Part shown: in pieces, positions 1-9,645 of the stretch
How the letters are laid out: every line of letters begins with the position of its first letter
How positions within the stretch are numbered: position 1 is the first letter of the stretch
Origin: Acidobacteriota bacterium
GTDB taxonomy: Bacteria > Acidobacteriota > UBA890 > WLXD01
Assembly: GCA_963666215.2 (NCBI GenBank)
Contig: CAXWPL010000005.1
Coordinates: 704,001 to 768,000 of the forward strand
Length of the DNA: 64,000 nucleotides
Direction: 5' to 3'
Program-made: the position numbers and the translations under genes
The notes under the pieces: generated by a model
Database searches by the model: none
Seen by the model: the letters and a program-made list of their open reading frames with translations, nothing else
What the model was told of the DNA's origin: nothing

Positions 1-96
1 GCCATGACGTGGGGACCGCAGCCGCACAAGGGGACGATCTTCTTCTCCGACCTGCACTCGGGGCTCTGGGCCGTGCGCCTGGGGGAACGCCCGTAA
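1..96 (+). CDS. C-terminal end of a probable LVIVD-repeat protein (partial, runs in from left edge)
   Basis: Frame 1 reads AMTWGPQPHKGTIFFSDLHSGLWAVRLGERP*; WG..P.KG.IF.SD..SGLW.V resembles the last blade of LVIVD-repeat proteins. Confidence 0.6.
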   Translation, partial: AMTWGPQPHKGTIFFSDLHSGLWAVRLGERP

Positions 97-101
97 CAAA
101 A

Positions 102-140
102 CGCGGGGGCGTCGTCTGCGTTCGAGGACGCCCCGACGCG
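102..140. terminator. GC-rich hairpin after the upstream gene, possible terminator
   Basis: GGGGCGTC (106-113) pairs with GACGCCCC (127-134) just after the TAA at 94-96; A-run on the left side only. Confidence 0.35.
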
Positions 141-304
141 CGAAATCCGAACCGCACTCGATCGCGGCCGCTGTCTCGCACTGCGGTGGGCGAACACTGC
201 ATCGCTCTCCGTGCCCTAGTAGCACCCCGCCGTCGCTGTTGTGCGCTCGTGTATAGTCATTGGAAGCCACCTGAGGCTCCCCGGTCGGCACCGGAGCCCA
301 CATC

Positions 305-1186
305 ATGACGCTACCTTCCGATCCGGATCTGACGCCCAGCGCAGCACCGTCAGCGCCCTCCAACGACATCCTGATCCCGGGCCGGGTCCTGCTGCTCGCT
401 GTTGTGGGTGTAGTGATCGTCGCCGCGCTCGGTTGGATGGTTTACGACCGTATGACGGGGCTCGAGAGCCGCATCGCCGAGCTCGATCAGCAGGTCGTCA
501 ACGCCGAGCGCAACGCGCAAGACGCCAACAACCTCGCCACCGCCGCGCAGCGGCGCTCCGAGCTCGCCGAGCAGAACGCGCGGCAAGCAGCACAGGGACG
601 CCACGCCGCCGTCGAATCGCAACGCGCCGCTGAGAACGAGGCCGACTTCGCCCGCCAGGAAGCAGACGCCGCTATGGAGACGGCGTTCGAGGCTCGCGCC
701 GAGGCCGACGAGATCCGCCGCCGCCGTGACGCCGAGCTCGACAAGCTCCGGGAAACGCTCGGCATGTTCGTCGATGCGCAGCGAACACCGACCGGCCTGG
801 TGATGACGCTCGGTGAAGATGCCATCAACTTCGACTTCGACAAGGCGGTGCTCAAACCTGAAGATCGCGAGCTCTTGGCGCGCATCTCGGGCGTGCTGCT
901 TACAGCCAGCGGCTACCGCGTCCAGGTTTACGGACACACCGACGATGTTGGGTCCCAACGCTACAACCTCGGCCTTTCCGAGCGCCGAGCCTCGGCGGTT
1001 GCCGACTATCTGGTTGCCGCGGGCATCAGCCGCGATCTGCTGGCGACAGAGGGATTTGGCAAGGCCGAGCCGCTGGTCGAAGGCACCGCTTACGAGGCGC
1101 GCGCCAGGAACCGGCGCGTCGAAATCGGCATTATCGATACCGTCGTAAGCTTCACGACAACAGCTGGCGAGCATCGCCAGCGCTAA
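305..1186 (+). CDS. OmpA/MotB-like peptidoglycan-binding protein with TM anchor and coiled coil
   Basis: TM segment, Ala/Gln/Glu heptad region, then FDFDKA..L, GHTD..GS..YN..LSERRA, G.G...P, RNRRVEI motifs. Confidence 0.9.
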   Translation: MTLPSDPDLTPSAAPSAPSNDILIPGRVLLLAVVGVVIVAALGWMVYDRMTGLESRIAELDQQVVNAERNAQDANNLATAAQRRSELAEQNARQAAQGRHAAVESQRAAENEADFARQEADAAMETAFEARAEADEIRRRRDAELDKLRETLGMFVDAQRTPTGLVMTLGEDAINFDFDKAVLKPEDRELLARISGVLLTASGYRVQVYGHTDDVGSQRYNLGLSERRASAVADYLVAAGISRDLLATEGFGKAEPLVEGTAYEARARNRRVEIGIIDTVVSFTTTAGEHRQR

Positions 1187-1214
1187 GACTCCATCCCCCG
1201 CCGAATAAACGCCC

Positions 1215-2714
1215 ATGCAGCCGTTCGTTTCTTCCTCTTCGCGTTCATTCGCGCTAGCGCTCGTGACGATGATCTCGTCGGTGAGCCTTGCCGCGGGACT
1301 GCCCGTAGATCCCGGCACGAGCGCGTCCGCATCTGTGCACGCGCAACTGCCGCGCTCCCCGTACCCCCCGGGCGAGCTCGTAGAGGAGGCCGTGAGCTCG
1401 TTCGACACCACGCAGTCGTACGCCCTCTACTTGCCGTCGCGCTACACATCCGACCGAACGTGGCCGCTACTTATCGTCATGGACCCGCGCGGCCGGGCAT
1501 TGCCGGCGATCAAGCTGTTCACTCGCGCCGCGGAGGAGCTCGGCTACATCGTGCTGAGCTCGTACAACACAGTGAGCGACGGCCCCTGGGAGCCCAACGC
1601 GGTGGCGATGCGAGCGATGCTCGCCGATGTCGAGGCGCTGTGGACGTTCGACAGCCAGCGCATCTACCTGGCCGGGTTTTCGGGCACGGCGAAGGCCGGT
1701 TGGACCTTCACGAATCAGCTCAGCGGCTACATCGCTGGCGTGATCGGTTTCGGTGGCGGGCTGCCGCCGAACACCGAAATCCCCGACACCGGGACGTTCG
1801 CCTTCTTCGGCGCCGCGAGGACAACCGACTTCAATTATCAGGACATGCGCACCACCGACGCGCTTCTCGACGAAACCAACATCCCGCACCGGCTGGCGTT
1901 CTTCGATGGCGGCCATCAATGGGGCCCCGAACAGCTCGCCTACGAGGCGCTGCATTGGATGGAGTTGCAGGCGATCAAGCTCGATCTACGCGGCGCCAAC
2001 GGCCGCTTCGTTGGCAGCTATTCGGAACGCCGACTCGAGGAGGCGCGCAGCTCCGAGGCAGCCGGCGACCTCGTGACCGCCTTTCGGCGCTACGAGGACT
2101 TCGCCGAGGATTTCAACGACATCGCCGACACCGCCATGGTCGAAACTGCGGCCGCCAAGCGCGCCGAGCTCTCCAAGACCGACACGGTCCGCCGGCGACT
2201 CGATCGCGACCGGGAGCTCGAGAATCAGCAGGAAAAGTTCGTCGAGCGATTCCGGGGCTGGCTTGGGCGCTTCGACAGCGCCCAGCGACCGCCTCCGCTG
2301 CACAGCAGCCTGCAAACACTAGGCGTCCGCGAGCTGCAAGCACAGTCGACGTCGGGCGACGACCCGCTCGCGGCTCAGGCCGCGACACGGTTGCTGCAGA
2401 TCGTCGCGGGGCACGCCGTCTTCTACGAGCCGCGTGACCATTTGGAAGACAACCCGCGGCGCGTTCTTGCGATGCTCGAGGTCGCCAAAGTCATCCAGCC
2501 GAACAACCCGCAGGCCTGGATCAACGAGGCTCGCGCCCACGCACAAGCGGGCGACAGCGAAGGTGCGCTGGAGGCGCTCGAGCGACTCGTGGAGCTGGGT
2601 ACGCTGCAAGGCGCCCGCGGCGCCGACTTCATCGAGAGCGATACCTACCTACAGAAGGTCGCAGGCAGTGATGGGGTGGCCGATCTGATTCGCGACCTGC
2701 GCGACAGCACCTAG
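1215..2714 (+). CDS. Secreted alpha/beta hydrolase (esterase-like) with C-terminal TPR-like region
   Basis: Signal-like N-terminus; SYALYLP, DPRGR, RIYLAGFSG nucleophile elbow, FDGGHQW; helical repeat tail. Confidence 0.75.
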   Translation: MQPFVSSSSRSFALALVTMISSVSLAAGLPVDPGTSASASVHAQLPRSPYPPGELVEEAVSSFDTTQSYALYLPSRYTSDRTWPLLIVMDPRGRALPAIKLFTRAAEELGYIVLSSYNTVSDGPWEPNAVAMRAMLADVEALWTFDSQRIYLAGFSGTAKAGWTFTNQLSGYIAGVIGFGGGLPPNTEIPDTGTFAFFGAARTTDFNYQDMRTTDALLDETNIPHRLAFFDGGHQWGPEQLAYEALHWMELQAIKLDLRGANGRFVGSYSERRLEEARSSEAAGDLVTAFRRYEDFAEDFNDIADTAMVETAAAKRAELSKTDTVRRRLDRDRELENQQEKFVERFRGWLGRFDSAQRPPPLHSSLQTLGVRELQAQSTSGDDPLAAQAATRLLQIVAGHAVFYEPRDHLEDNPRRVLAMLEVAKVIQPNNPQAWINEARAHAQAGDSEGALEALERLVELGTLQGARGADFIESDTYLQKVAGSDGVADLIRDLRDST

Positions 2715-2743
2715 CCAGCACGCAAACCGGCGGCGGCGAGACC

Positions 2744-4699
2744 CTACCGTCGGGCGCTCGGCGTCATGGTGATTTCGTGGCGCTCGCCGTCGCGCAGGAA
2801 GACGACCTGAATCTCCTTGTCGACTTTCACGGCGTCGAGGGCGAACGTGTAGTCGTAGATGTTGGAGATCGTCTGGCCAGCGAATTCCACAATCACGTCG
2901 CCGCCGCGGAGCCCGGCTTGTTGCGCGGGTCCACCTTCGATGACACCGCCGAGGAGAAGGCCTTCAACGTCGGCGGCGTAGTCGGGGATCGTGCCGGTGA
3001 AGGCGCGGACGGAGTCGCGATCGCCAGCTGGCGAGCTCGACCGGGCCACCGCGACGAACTCGGGTGGCGTCTCCAGATTGGCGACCCGGCCGGCGAGCAG
3101 TGCTCCGAACCTGGAAATGCGCTCGAGATCTTCGTAGTTGATCGTGTCGGCGTCGTCGGTTGGACGGTGGTAGTCCTCGTGACTGCCGGTAAAGAACGCC
3201 AGCGTCGGCACGCCAGCCTGGTTGAAGCTCGAAGAGTCGGTCGGAAGGTAGGGATCGTCTTGGATCTGGACGTCGAAGCCAATCGGCACGTTGGCGCGCT
3301 CGATCAGCGACGGCCACACCGCGCTGGAGCCAACCGCTTGGAGCACGAGACGGTTGTCGCGCATGCGCCCGACCATGTCGAAGTTGATGTAGGCGGCGAT
3401 GGCTTCGGCATCGATCACGGCCTCCTTGACGAACGCCCCCGAGCCGAGAAGACCCATCTCCTCTCCCGACCAGAAGGCCAGCACGACCGCGCGATTGCGC
3501 TGCCGATTGGCGAGCAGACGGCCCGCCGCAAGCACCGCGGAGACGCCAGAAGCGTTGTCGTCGGAACCGTTGTGGATCTCTCCGATCTCGCCATCGCGAC
3601 CCAGCGAGTTGCCGCCGAGCCCCTCGCCAAGATGGTCGTAGTGAGCGCCCAGGACCAGGAACGGCTTGGAGCCGGGGCCTCCCGGTGACGGGTTCATGGC
3701 GGGCAGGTAGCCGACGACGTTGTTGCCCGTGCGGCGCTCGCGTGTGAGCGCAATCTCGAGATCGATCTCAATGCCCAGGTCGAACCCCGCGACGTGCGGG
3801 TTACCGGTATCGAGCTCGGCCTGCGTAGCCTCGAGGTCCTTACCCGCGGCTGCGAAGAGTGCCTCGCCGGTCCCACCACTGATGCTACCGGCAAGAATTC
3901 CGGAGCCCGCGACGGCTGTGTCGAAGCTCAGTGGCGCGAGCTCGCCGGCGTTGGGCGAACGCGGTCCCGTCAACACCAGCAGTGCGATGGCTCCACGCTC
4001 GCGAGCCTGCATGGCCTTGTAGCGCAGGCCGGAATAGCGCGAGAGGATGGCGCGGGCCTCCTGGTCGACGTCCTCCGGGAAATAGCGCAACACCACAACG
4101 ACTTTGTCTTCGACATCGAGCCCAGCGTAGTTGTCGTAGGGATACCCCTGCCCCTCCGGGATCGCCAGGCCATAGCCAGCGAATACGACGCCAGCCGAAA
4201 CACTGCCGGCGTCGGAAAAGGAAAGGGCGCGGATCTCGGCCGCAGAGTCGGACGCCGTCGCACCACCGGGGTTGCAGCTGGAGCCCGAGCTCGACCAGCG
4301 GCAACCAGCCACCTCGATGGCGCTGCCCGTGTCGTCGACGCCGGCGGTAAATTCGAACGGCACGGTGTAATCCGGATGGCCAGGAAGCGGCTCAGCGCCG
4401 AGGGCCTCGAGCTCCGCGGCAATATGCGCCGCGGCGACGCGAGCGCCATCGGTCCCGATCAATCGACCACCGAGCTCGTCGGATGCAAGAAAGCGGAGAT
4501 CACGCTCGATCAGCTCGCGCGGCGAAAGCTCTTCGCCGACGGAAGCCCGCTGAGGAGTCGCGGGCATCGAGCTCGTCACACCCGGCTCGGTCGGGAATCC
4601 GGCAACGGAAGGGGAAGCGGCGCCAGGATCCGCCATCGCCGAAATCGCCACCAGACCGAGTACCGAGATCACGATCGGACGTCTTGCGGGAATGTTCAT
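2744..4699 (-). CDS. M28 family aminopeptidase with PA and PDZ domains
   Basis: LASDELGGR, GAHYDHLG, GSDDNASG, GEEMGLLGS, NFDMVGR, DYHRPTDD, C-terminal GTIPDY PDZ; start ATG 4699 overlaps upstream TGA (ATGA). Confidence 0.92.
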   Translation of the reverse strand: MNIPARRPIVISVLGLVAISAMADPGAASPSVAGFPTEPGVTSSMPATPQRASVGEELSPRELIERDLRFLASDELGGRLIGTDGARVAAAHIAAELEALGAEPLPGHPDYTVPFEFTAGVDDTGSAIEVAGCRWSSSGSSCNPGGATASDSAAEIRALSFSDAGSVSAGVVFAGYGLAIPEGQGYPYDNYAGLDVEDKVVVVLRYFPEDVDQEARAILSRYSGLRYKAMQARERGAIALLVLTGPRSPNAGELAPLSFDTAVAGSGILAGSISGGTGEALFAAAGKDLEATQAELDTGNPHVAGFDLGIEIDLEIALTRERRTGNNVVGYLPAMNPSPGGPGSKPFLVLGAHYDHLGEGLGGNSLGRDGEIGEIHNGSDDNASGVSAVLAAGRLLANRQRNRAVVLAFWSGEEMGLLGSGAFVKEAVIDAEAIAAYINFDMVGRMRDNRLVLQAVGSSAVWPSLIERANVPIGFDVQIQDDPYLPTDSSSFNQAGVPTLAFFTGSHEDYHRPTDDADTINYEDLERISRFGALLAGRVANLETPPEFVAVARSSSPAGDRDSVRAFTGTIPDYAADVEGLLLGGVIEGGPAQQAGLRGGDVIVEFAGQTISNIYDYTFALDAVKVDKEIQVVFLRDGERHEITMTPSARR

Positions 4700-5943
4700 C
4701 GTTGGTCCTCTGTGGGGTCTACGCTCGACGCCTGCCTCAGTGGCGCGGCGGCGATCGCCTGGCGCGCCGCCTCGTGATCCCAGTCGGCGGTGTAGAGCTG
4801 CCCCAGACGGGCACTCGGATCGTGGCGCGTCGACGTCCAGATGAGACGCGTACCATCGGGCGACGGCACCGGGAGATGATCGAACCCCTCGGTGCAGGTC
4901 ACCCGAACAGGCTCCTTCGTGCCGTCGATGTCGACAAGGTAGAGTTCGAAGTTCTCGAAACCGAGCTTGTTGGAACCGAAGATCACGTACTCCAAAGAGG
5001 GGTGCACGTACGGCGCCCAACTCATGGAGCCGAAGTCGGTCAAGCGGCGCTCGTCGCTGCCGTCGAGCTTCATGGAAAAAACGTCGGCGGTCAGCCCCGA
5101 CTCATCGAAGCGGCGCCAGATGATGCGCGAGCTGTCGGGAAAGAAGAACGGACCGCCGTCGTAGCCCAACGATGTGGTGAGCTGCCGCTGCTCGGAACCG
5201 TCGGCACGCATGATGTAGATGTCGGCGAAGTAAGCCGGGTCGGTCTCCAGCATGCGTTGCTCGTGCTCGCTCAGGTCGCGGTTGTAGGCGTTACGCAACG
5301 ACGTGAACGCAATCCACCTGCCGTCGGAGGAAAAGCTCGCCTCGGCGTCATAGCCGACGGCGTCGGTAAGGCGTCGCAGCTCGCCGGTGGCGCGCTCCGA
5401 CACGAAGATGTCCATCGCCGTCTCGTAGCTCCAGGAGTAACGCGGCTGATTGCCCGCCTCACGCATCTCGTACTCGGCACGCTGCTTATCGAGGATGTCG
5501 GGGTCGAGGTGCGTTGAGCCGAAGAGAATGTCCAGCGTCTTGGGGTGGAAGAATGAGCACGTAGTATTGCCGACGCCGGGCGAAACGCGGCGTGTGTCGC
5601 CGGTCGTCAGATCGAGCTCGTAGATCTGGTAGAAGGGGTTCCCCGGCTCACGCTCGCTCTGAAAAGTGAGCCTCGACCCATCGGCGGAGAAGTAGCCTTC
5701 CCCGGCTCGCCTGCCCTCGTAGGTCAGGCGGCGAGCCCGTTTCAGAAACCGGGTCTCATTGTCATCTCCCTGCGCCGGCGTCGGCGTAACGGACGTCGAC
5801 GAGCCCGCCGAAAAGCCGAGGGCTCCACCTTCGCGATGAGCCGCCGCGTGGGAAACCGCGCCCACCAGCACCATCAGAGTCACAATGGAGCCGACAAGGC
5901 CGACAGCAACAGGCAGGATTCGACGACGGCCGGGAAGGGACAC
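4696..5943 (-). CDS. TolB-like/PD40 beta-propeller protein, secreted
   Basis: AGEGYFSADG, GYDAEASFSSDG, GYDGGPFFFPD, SWAPY repeats; GTG start 5943 after AGAGG. Confidence 0.85.
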   Translation of the reverse strand: MSLPGRRRILPVAVGLVGSIVTLMVLVGAVSHAAAHREGGALGFSAGSSTSVTPTPAQGDDNETRFLKRARRLTYEGRRAGEGYFSADGSRLTFQSEREPGNPFYQIYELDLTTGDTRRVSPGVGNTTCSFFHPKTLDILFGSTHLDPDILDKQRAEYEMREAGNQPRYSWSYETAMDIFVSERATGELRRLTDAVGYDAEASFSSDGRWIAFTSLRNAYNRDLSEHEQRMLETDPAYFADIYIMRADGSEQRQLTTSLGYDGGPFFFPDSSRIIWRRFDESGLTADVFSMKLDGSDERRLTDFGSMSWAPYVHPSLEYVIFGSNKLGFENFELYLVDIDGTKEPVRVTCTEGFDHLPVPSPDGTRLIWTSTRHDPSARLGQLYTADWDHEAARQAIAAAPLRQASSVDPTEDQR

Positions 5944-6074
5944 AGCGACCTCTGAAGGTTTTGAGCTGCGTGGGCGAAGCAGACCCACTGCGCTTGATGA
6001 GAACGTTTGGCGCGAAAGACCACTGGGAGCATGATACCGGCCCGGTCTTCGCGCCGCCCGTTGTTGCCGCGCCA

Positions 6075-6671
6075 TCAGCTGTTGGCGAGCGCCATCCGGA
6101 AGCGGACGGCCCATTCGGCGATGGACGTCCTCAAGTAAATCGCCTCCTCGCCAGGGCCTCGGGCGATCGGGCCCTCGTTGCCCGCCTCCACAGATACCGA
6201 CACGAAAACCGGGCCCGAGGCCGTGAGCAAGCTTGGCAGCGCGGCGTCGTAGGCCTCGGCCTGGACGAAAGCGAACACGCTCGGAAATCCGCAGGCGCGC
6301 GCGACCGCGGCGAAGTCGAGCTTTCCGCCACCCGGCACCGGCTGGCCACCGGTGATCTCGTAGGCGCGATTCTCGACGACCATGAGAATGAGGTTGGTGG
6401 CACCCGACTCGACGATCGTCGCCAGCGTCCCCCGCGACATCAGCATGCTGCCGTCGCCGTTCAAGCAAATCACGCGCCGGTCGGGACGCGCCATCGCGAT
6501 GCCGAGGGCCAGGTCGGCGGCGTGGCCCATGGCGCTATCGGCAGAAGCGAAGTCGAGCGCACTCTGAGACAGTCGCTCCCACGGGCACACAACACCCATC
6601 GTGGTGACGACAACGTCGTTCTGGCGTCGGTGCTCTGCCAGCGGTTGCAGCAGCTCCGCCTTGGTCAGCAC
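6075..6671 (-). CDS. TPP-dependent decarboxylase beta subunit (sulfopyruvate/phosphonopyruvate decarboxylase, ComE-like)
   Basis: AMGHA..LALG.A.ARP, GDGSMLM...EN TPP-binding motif, YEITGGQP. Confidence 0.8.
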   Translation of the reverse strand: MLTKAELLQPLAEHRRQNDVVVTTMGVVCPWERLSQSALDFASADSAMGHAADLALGIAMARPDRRVICLNGDGSMLMSRGTLATIVESGATNLILMVVENRAYEITGGQPVPGGGKLDFAAVARACGFPSVFAFVQAEAYDAALPSLLTASGPVFVSVSVEAGNEGPIARGPGEEAIYLRTSIAEWAVRFRMALANS

Positions 6672-6690
6672 CTGGGCGCCCCCGAGCCAG

Positions 6691-7326
6691 TCACTGCAAG
6701 GCTCCGGTCAGCAGCAGGGCGACCGGACCCCGCCGGCGCTCGGCCAGCCGCCAGGCGCGACCCACCGACGCCACGTCACGGTCGCCGCGATACAGCTCGA
6801 AAGGCACCTCCCAAGCTGCAAGAGTCGGCTCGGTGAGAGCGGCCACCGAGTCGAGATGGCGCGATCGTAGCTGCTCGGCGCGATCATGCTCTCGGCACTC
6901 GCGTTCGGTCGGCGAGCCTCCGAGGGAGGCGTAGCCGCGATAGCCAACCAAGCACAGCAGCGGCACTCCGAGCCGGGTCACGGTGCCCCGCAGCGCGTCG
7001 CCGCTCTCGAGCAGCCCGCTGTTCTGGATCACCGCCACGGGGCGTGCGCCTCCGAGCCACAGGCCCGCGGCAATGGCGAACGCTTCGCCTTCGCGCGTCA
7101 CCGTCAGACGGGCGAGACCACCACCATCAGCAGCGTGCACCGGATTGATACCGAGACGCGCGGCCGGGCTACCGCTGAACAGCACGGCGGTCGCGTTGTC
7201 CGGCAGGCCAATCAGGTGCGTCGCGCCGCAGCCGGCGAGCTCGTCGACGATCACGCTCGCTCGCCGCATCTCCGCGCCCGCCATGGAATCGGCCACCGAG
7301 ATCGAAGCCTCCTCAGATCCCGTCAC
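6691..7326 (-). CDS. TPP-dependent decarboxylase alpha subunit (ComD-like)
   Basis: GLPD, TREGEAFAIAAGLWLGG, IQNSGL, LVGYRG motifs; adjacent to the beta subunit. Confidence 0.8.
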   Translation of the reverse strand: MTGSEEASISVADSMAGAEMRRASVIVDELAGCGATHLIGLPDNATAVLFSGSPAARLGINPVHAADGGGLARLTVTREGEAFAIAAGLWLGGARPVAVIQNSGLLESGDALRGTVTRLGVPLLCLVGYRGYASLGGSPTERECREHDRAEQLRSRHLDSVAALTEPTLAAWEVPFELYRGDRDVASVGRAWRLAERRRGPVALLLTGALQ

Positions 7327-7455
7327 CGCTGGGCTGGCTCAGCCCCGTAGCGGAAATGGATCGGGCCAGCGTGACACAAGGACGTTCGTAGCTGAGCTCC
7401 CTGAACGAGGGCCGTACGCGTTGGGCAAACGGCTCGACGAGTCAAACTAGTCGAA

Positions 7456-9645
7456 CTAGGGCAGCGCAATCGTCCAGGCCCCCCGCCCAAGCGTGGTGAC
7501 AACAAGGCGCGCCCGCTCCGCATCAACAACAAGGTCATGTACCGGGGCGTTGGGCAGGCCCAGGCCATAGCGGCTCCAGCTGCCCCCCTCGTTGTCGCTC
7601 AGGTACACACCGGCGTCGGTCCCGAGAAAGAGCAGCCGCCGCATGCCGTCGTTGTGTACCGCCACGGCGGGGGCTGGTCGATCGGGCAGGTCGCCGTCGA
7701 TCGAGCTCCAGGTGAGGCCACGATCGCGACTCACGCGGATCTGGTCGACGCCGAAGCGGTTGACGGCGAGATAGACGGTCCGATCGTCGAGCGGATCCAC
7801 GGCGAGCTCCCGCGTGACGCGTGGCCACCCTCGCAAGCCACTGAGGGCGAGGTGCCACGTTCTTCCGCCATCGCTGCTCACCTGTACCCGGCCATCGTTC
7901 GTGGCCGCGTAAACGGTGCTCGAATTCGACGGCGCGATCACCAGCGCGCGGATCGCCCAGGGAGTGCCGCTGGTGAGGTCGCCGCTGATCGGCTGCCAGC
8001 TCAGCCCCTGGTTCGTGCTTTCGTAAATCCGGTGCGTCGCGTAGAGCATCCGCGAAGCGTTGTTCGGATCGATCTGGAACGGCGGCAGGAAGCAGTTACG
8101 GTCGCCAGCCGAGATTCCCGCCGATGCAGCCACGAACCCGAGACCACCATTGGAGGAGCGGAAGAGATTGCCAGTGCCCTGGAACTCGACGAAGACGTTG
8201 TTCGGGTTGGTTTGATCGATCGCCGTGTAACCGCCGTCGCCACCAAATACCGAGGTCCAGGTGCCGCCGCTGGCTCGTTTGTTCGAGCCGTTGTCCTGCG
8301 TGCCGGCGAGCACGATCTCCGGATCGTCCGGGTGCAGCGACAGCCCGGGGTAAAACTGAATCGTCCCGAGCCGGTTGTTGAGCACCTGCCAACCGATACC
8401 GCGATCGCTCGATCGGTGCACGCCGCCGTCGTCTGCCACCAGGAGGCGGCCGCTGGCATCGAACCCGATTCCATGGATATCGACGTGGGGCGGTGTGACA
8501 TCGAGGTAGGACGCTCCGCCGTCAGTGGATCTCAGCAGCGGTAGGCCTCCGATGTAGAAGGTGTCCGGATCGGTTGGCTGCACCGCGATGGCGTTGTAGT
8601 AGTAGCCGCCGTCGCTCTGAAGGTTGCCCGGGTGCCGCAGCGTCCAGGTGGAGCCACCATCGTCTGATCGGTAAACGCCCAGCGTCGAAGCTCCCCCGGG
8701 CGAGAAGCCCCCGTTGCTACCCTTGTTGGCGGGGCGCGCGATGAGGGCGTAGACACGACTGCTGTCGGACGGCGCGATGGCGATCGAGATCCGTCCGACG
8801 CTCTTATCCGGGAGCCCACCGCGCAGTCGGCGCCACGACTCGCCGCCGTCGGTGCTGCGATACACGCCGTTGCGCGGATGGCCGAAGATCTCGCCGATGG
8901 CGGCGAACAAGCGGTGGTTGTTCGCCGGGTCGATAACGATGTCACTGGCCGCCTGGTTGGGCAGGCCGCCCCGGAGTCGCTTCCACGACCGCCCCCCGTT
9001 CTGCGATCGGAAGATCCCGCGCGGCCCGTTGCGGCGTGGATGCCCCTTGGTGGCCTCGCGCGCTGGGAAAGTGCCACCAGCACGTGCCACGGCAGCGAGA
9101 ACGACGTCGCTGTTCTCGGTCGAAACCGCAATGCGCGAAAAGGTCCTCCCAGAAAAACGATCGGCTCCCAGAACCTCCCAGGTTCGGCCACCGTTACGAG
9201 TCTTGAACATACCCAGGCCGTAGTTGCTGTGGAAGGCGTAGTTGGCCTCGCCCGAGCCGGCATACACCACGCGATCGTTGTGTGGATCGACGGCAATGGC
9301 GCCGATAGCCAGGATCGGCAAATCGTCACCCACAGAGATCCAGCGAACACCGGCGTTGGTCGTGCGCCACACGCCGCCTCCGGCACCGGCCGCGTAGTAA
9401 CGGCGCGGGTTCGTGGCGCTCGCGGCGATCCCGGCGATGCGCCCCGTTGATCTCGAAAAATTATCAATGGGTTGCGGCCCGAGCTGACGCCAGGTGGCGG
9501 CCCGCAGCGCCAGCGACGTGGACGGCCTCAACGCGACGACAGCGACAGCTAAGGAAACGAGGAGCCCAACGGCGAGCGCAAGCAGTACCCGTCTGTCGAG
9601 CCGTTCTTTTGATGACGATGGCCCGCTGACGCTGCTCGGGCTCAT
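7456..9645 (-). CDS. Secreted BNR/Asp-box repeat protein (VPS10/xyloglucanase-like beta-propeller)
   Basis: Many S.DGG.(S/T)W repeats, GGVWRTT.AG..W, HVDIH, GTQDNG, GGDGG, T.GRGAW. Confidence 0.85.
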   Translation of the reverse strand: MSPSSVSGPSSSKERLDRRVLLALAVGLLVSLAVAVVALRPSTSLALRAATWRQLGPQPIDNFSRSTGRIAGIAASATNPRRYYAAGAGGGVWRTTNAGVRWISVGDDLPILAIGAIAVDPHNDRVVYAGSGEANYAFHSNYGLGMFKTRNGGRTWEVLGADRFSGRTFSRIAVSTENSDVVLAAVARAGGTFPAREATKGHPRRNGPRGIFRSQNGGRSWKRLRGGLPNQAASDIVIDPANNHRLFAAIGEIFGHPRNGVYRSTDGGESWRRLRGGLPDKSVGRISIAIAPSDSSRVYALIARPANKGSNGGFSPGGASTLGVYRSDDGGSTWTLRHPGNLQSDGGYYYNAIAVQPTDPDTFYIGGLPLLRSTDGGASYLDVTPPHVDIHGIGFDASGRLLVADDGGVHRSSDRGIGWQVLNNRLGTIQFYPGLSLHPDDPEIVLAGTQDNGSNKRASGGTWTSVFGGDGGYTAIDQTNPNNVFVEFQGTGNLFRSSNGGLGFVAASAGISAGDRNCFLPPFQIDPNNASRMLYATHRIYESTNQGLSWQPISGDLTSGTPWAIRALVIAPSNSSTVYAATNDGRVQVSSDGGRTWHLALSGLRGWPRVTRELAVDPLDDRTVYLAVNRFGVDQIRVSRDRGLTWSSIDGDLPDRPAPAVAVHNDGMRRLLFLGTDAGVYLSDNEGGSWSRYGLGLPNAPVHDLVVDAERARLVVTTLGRGAWTIALP

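Noticed and set aside
7327-7455. TPP riboswitch upstream of the TPP-dependent decarboxylase
   Set aside because: Conserved CUGAGA and GAACCUGA core elements not found
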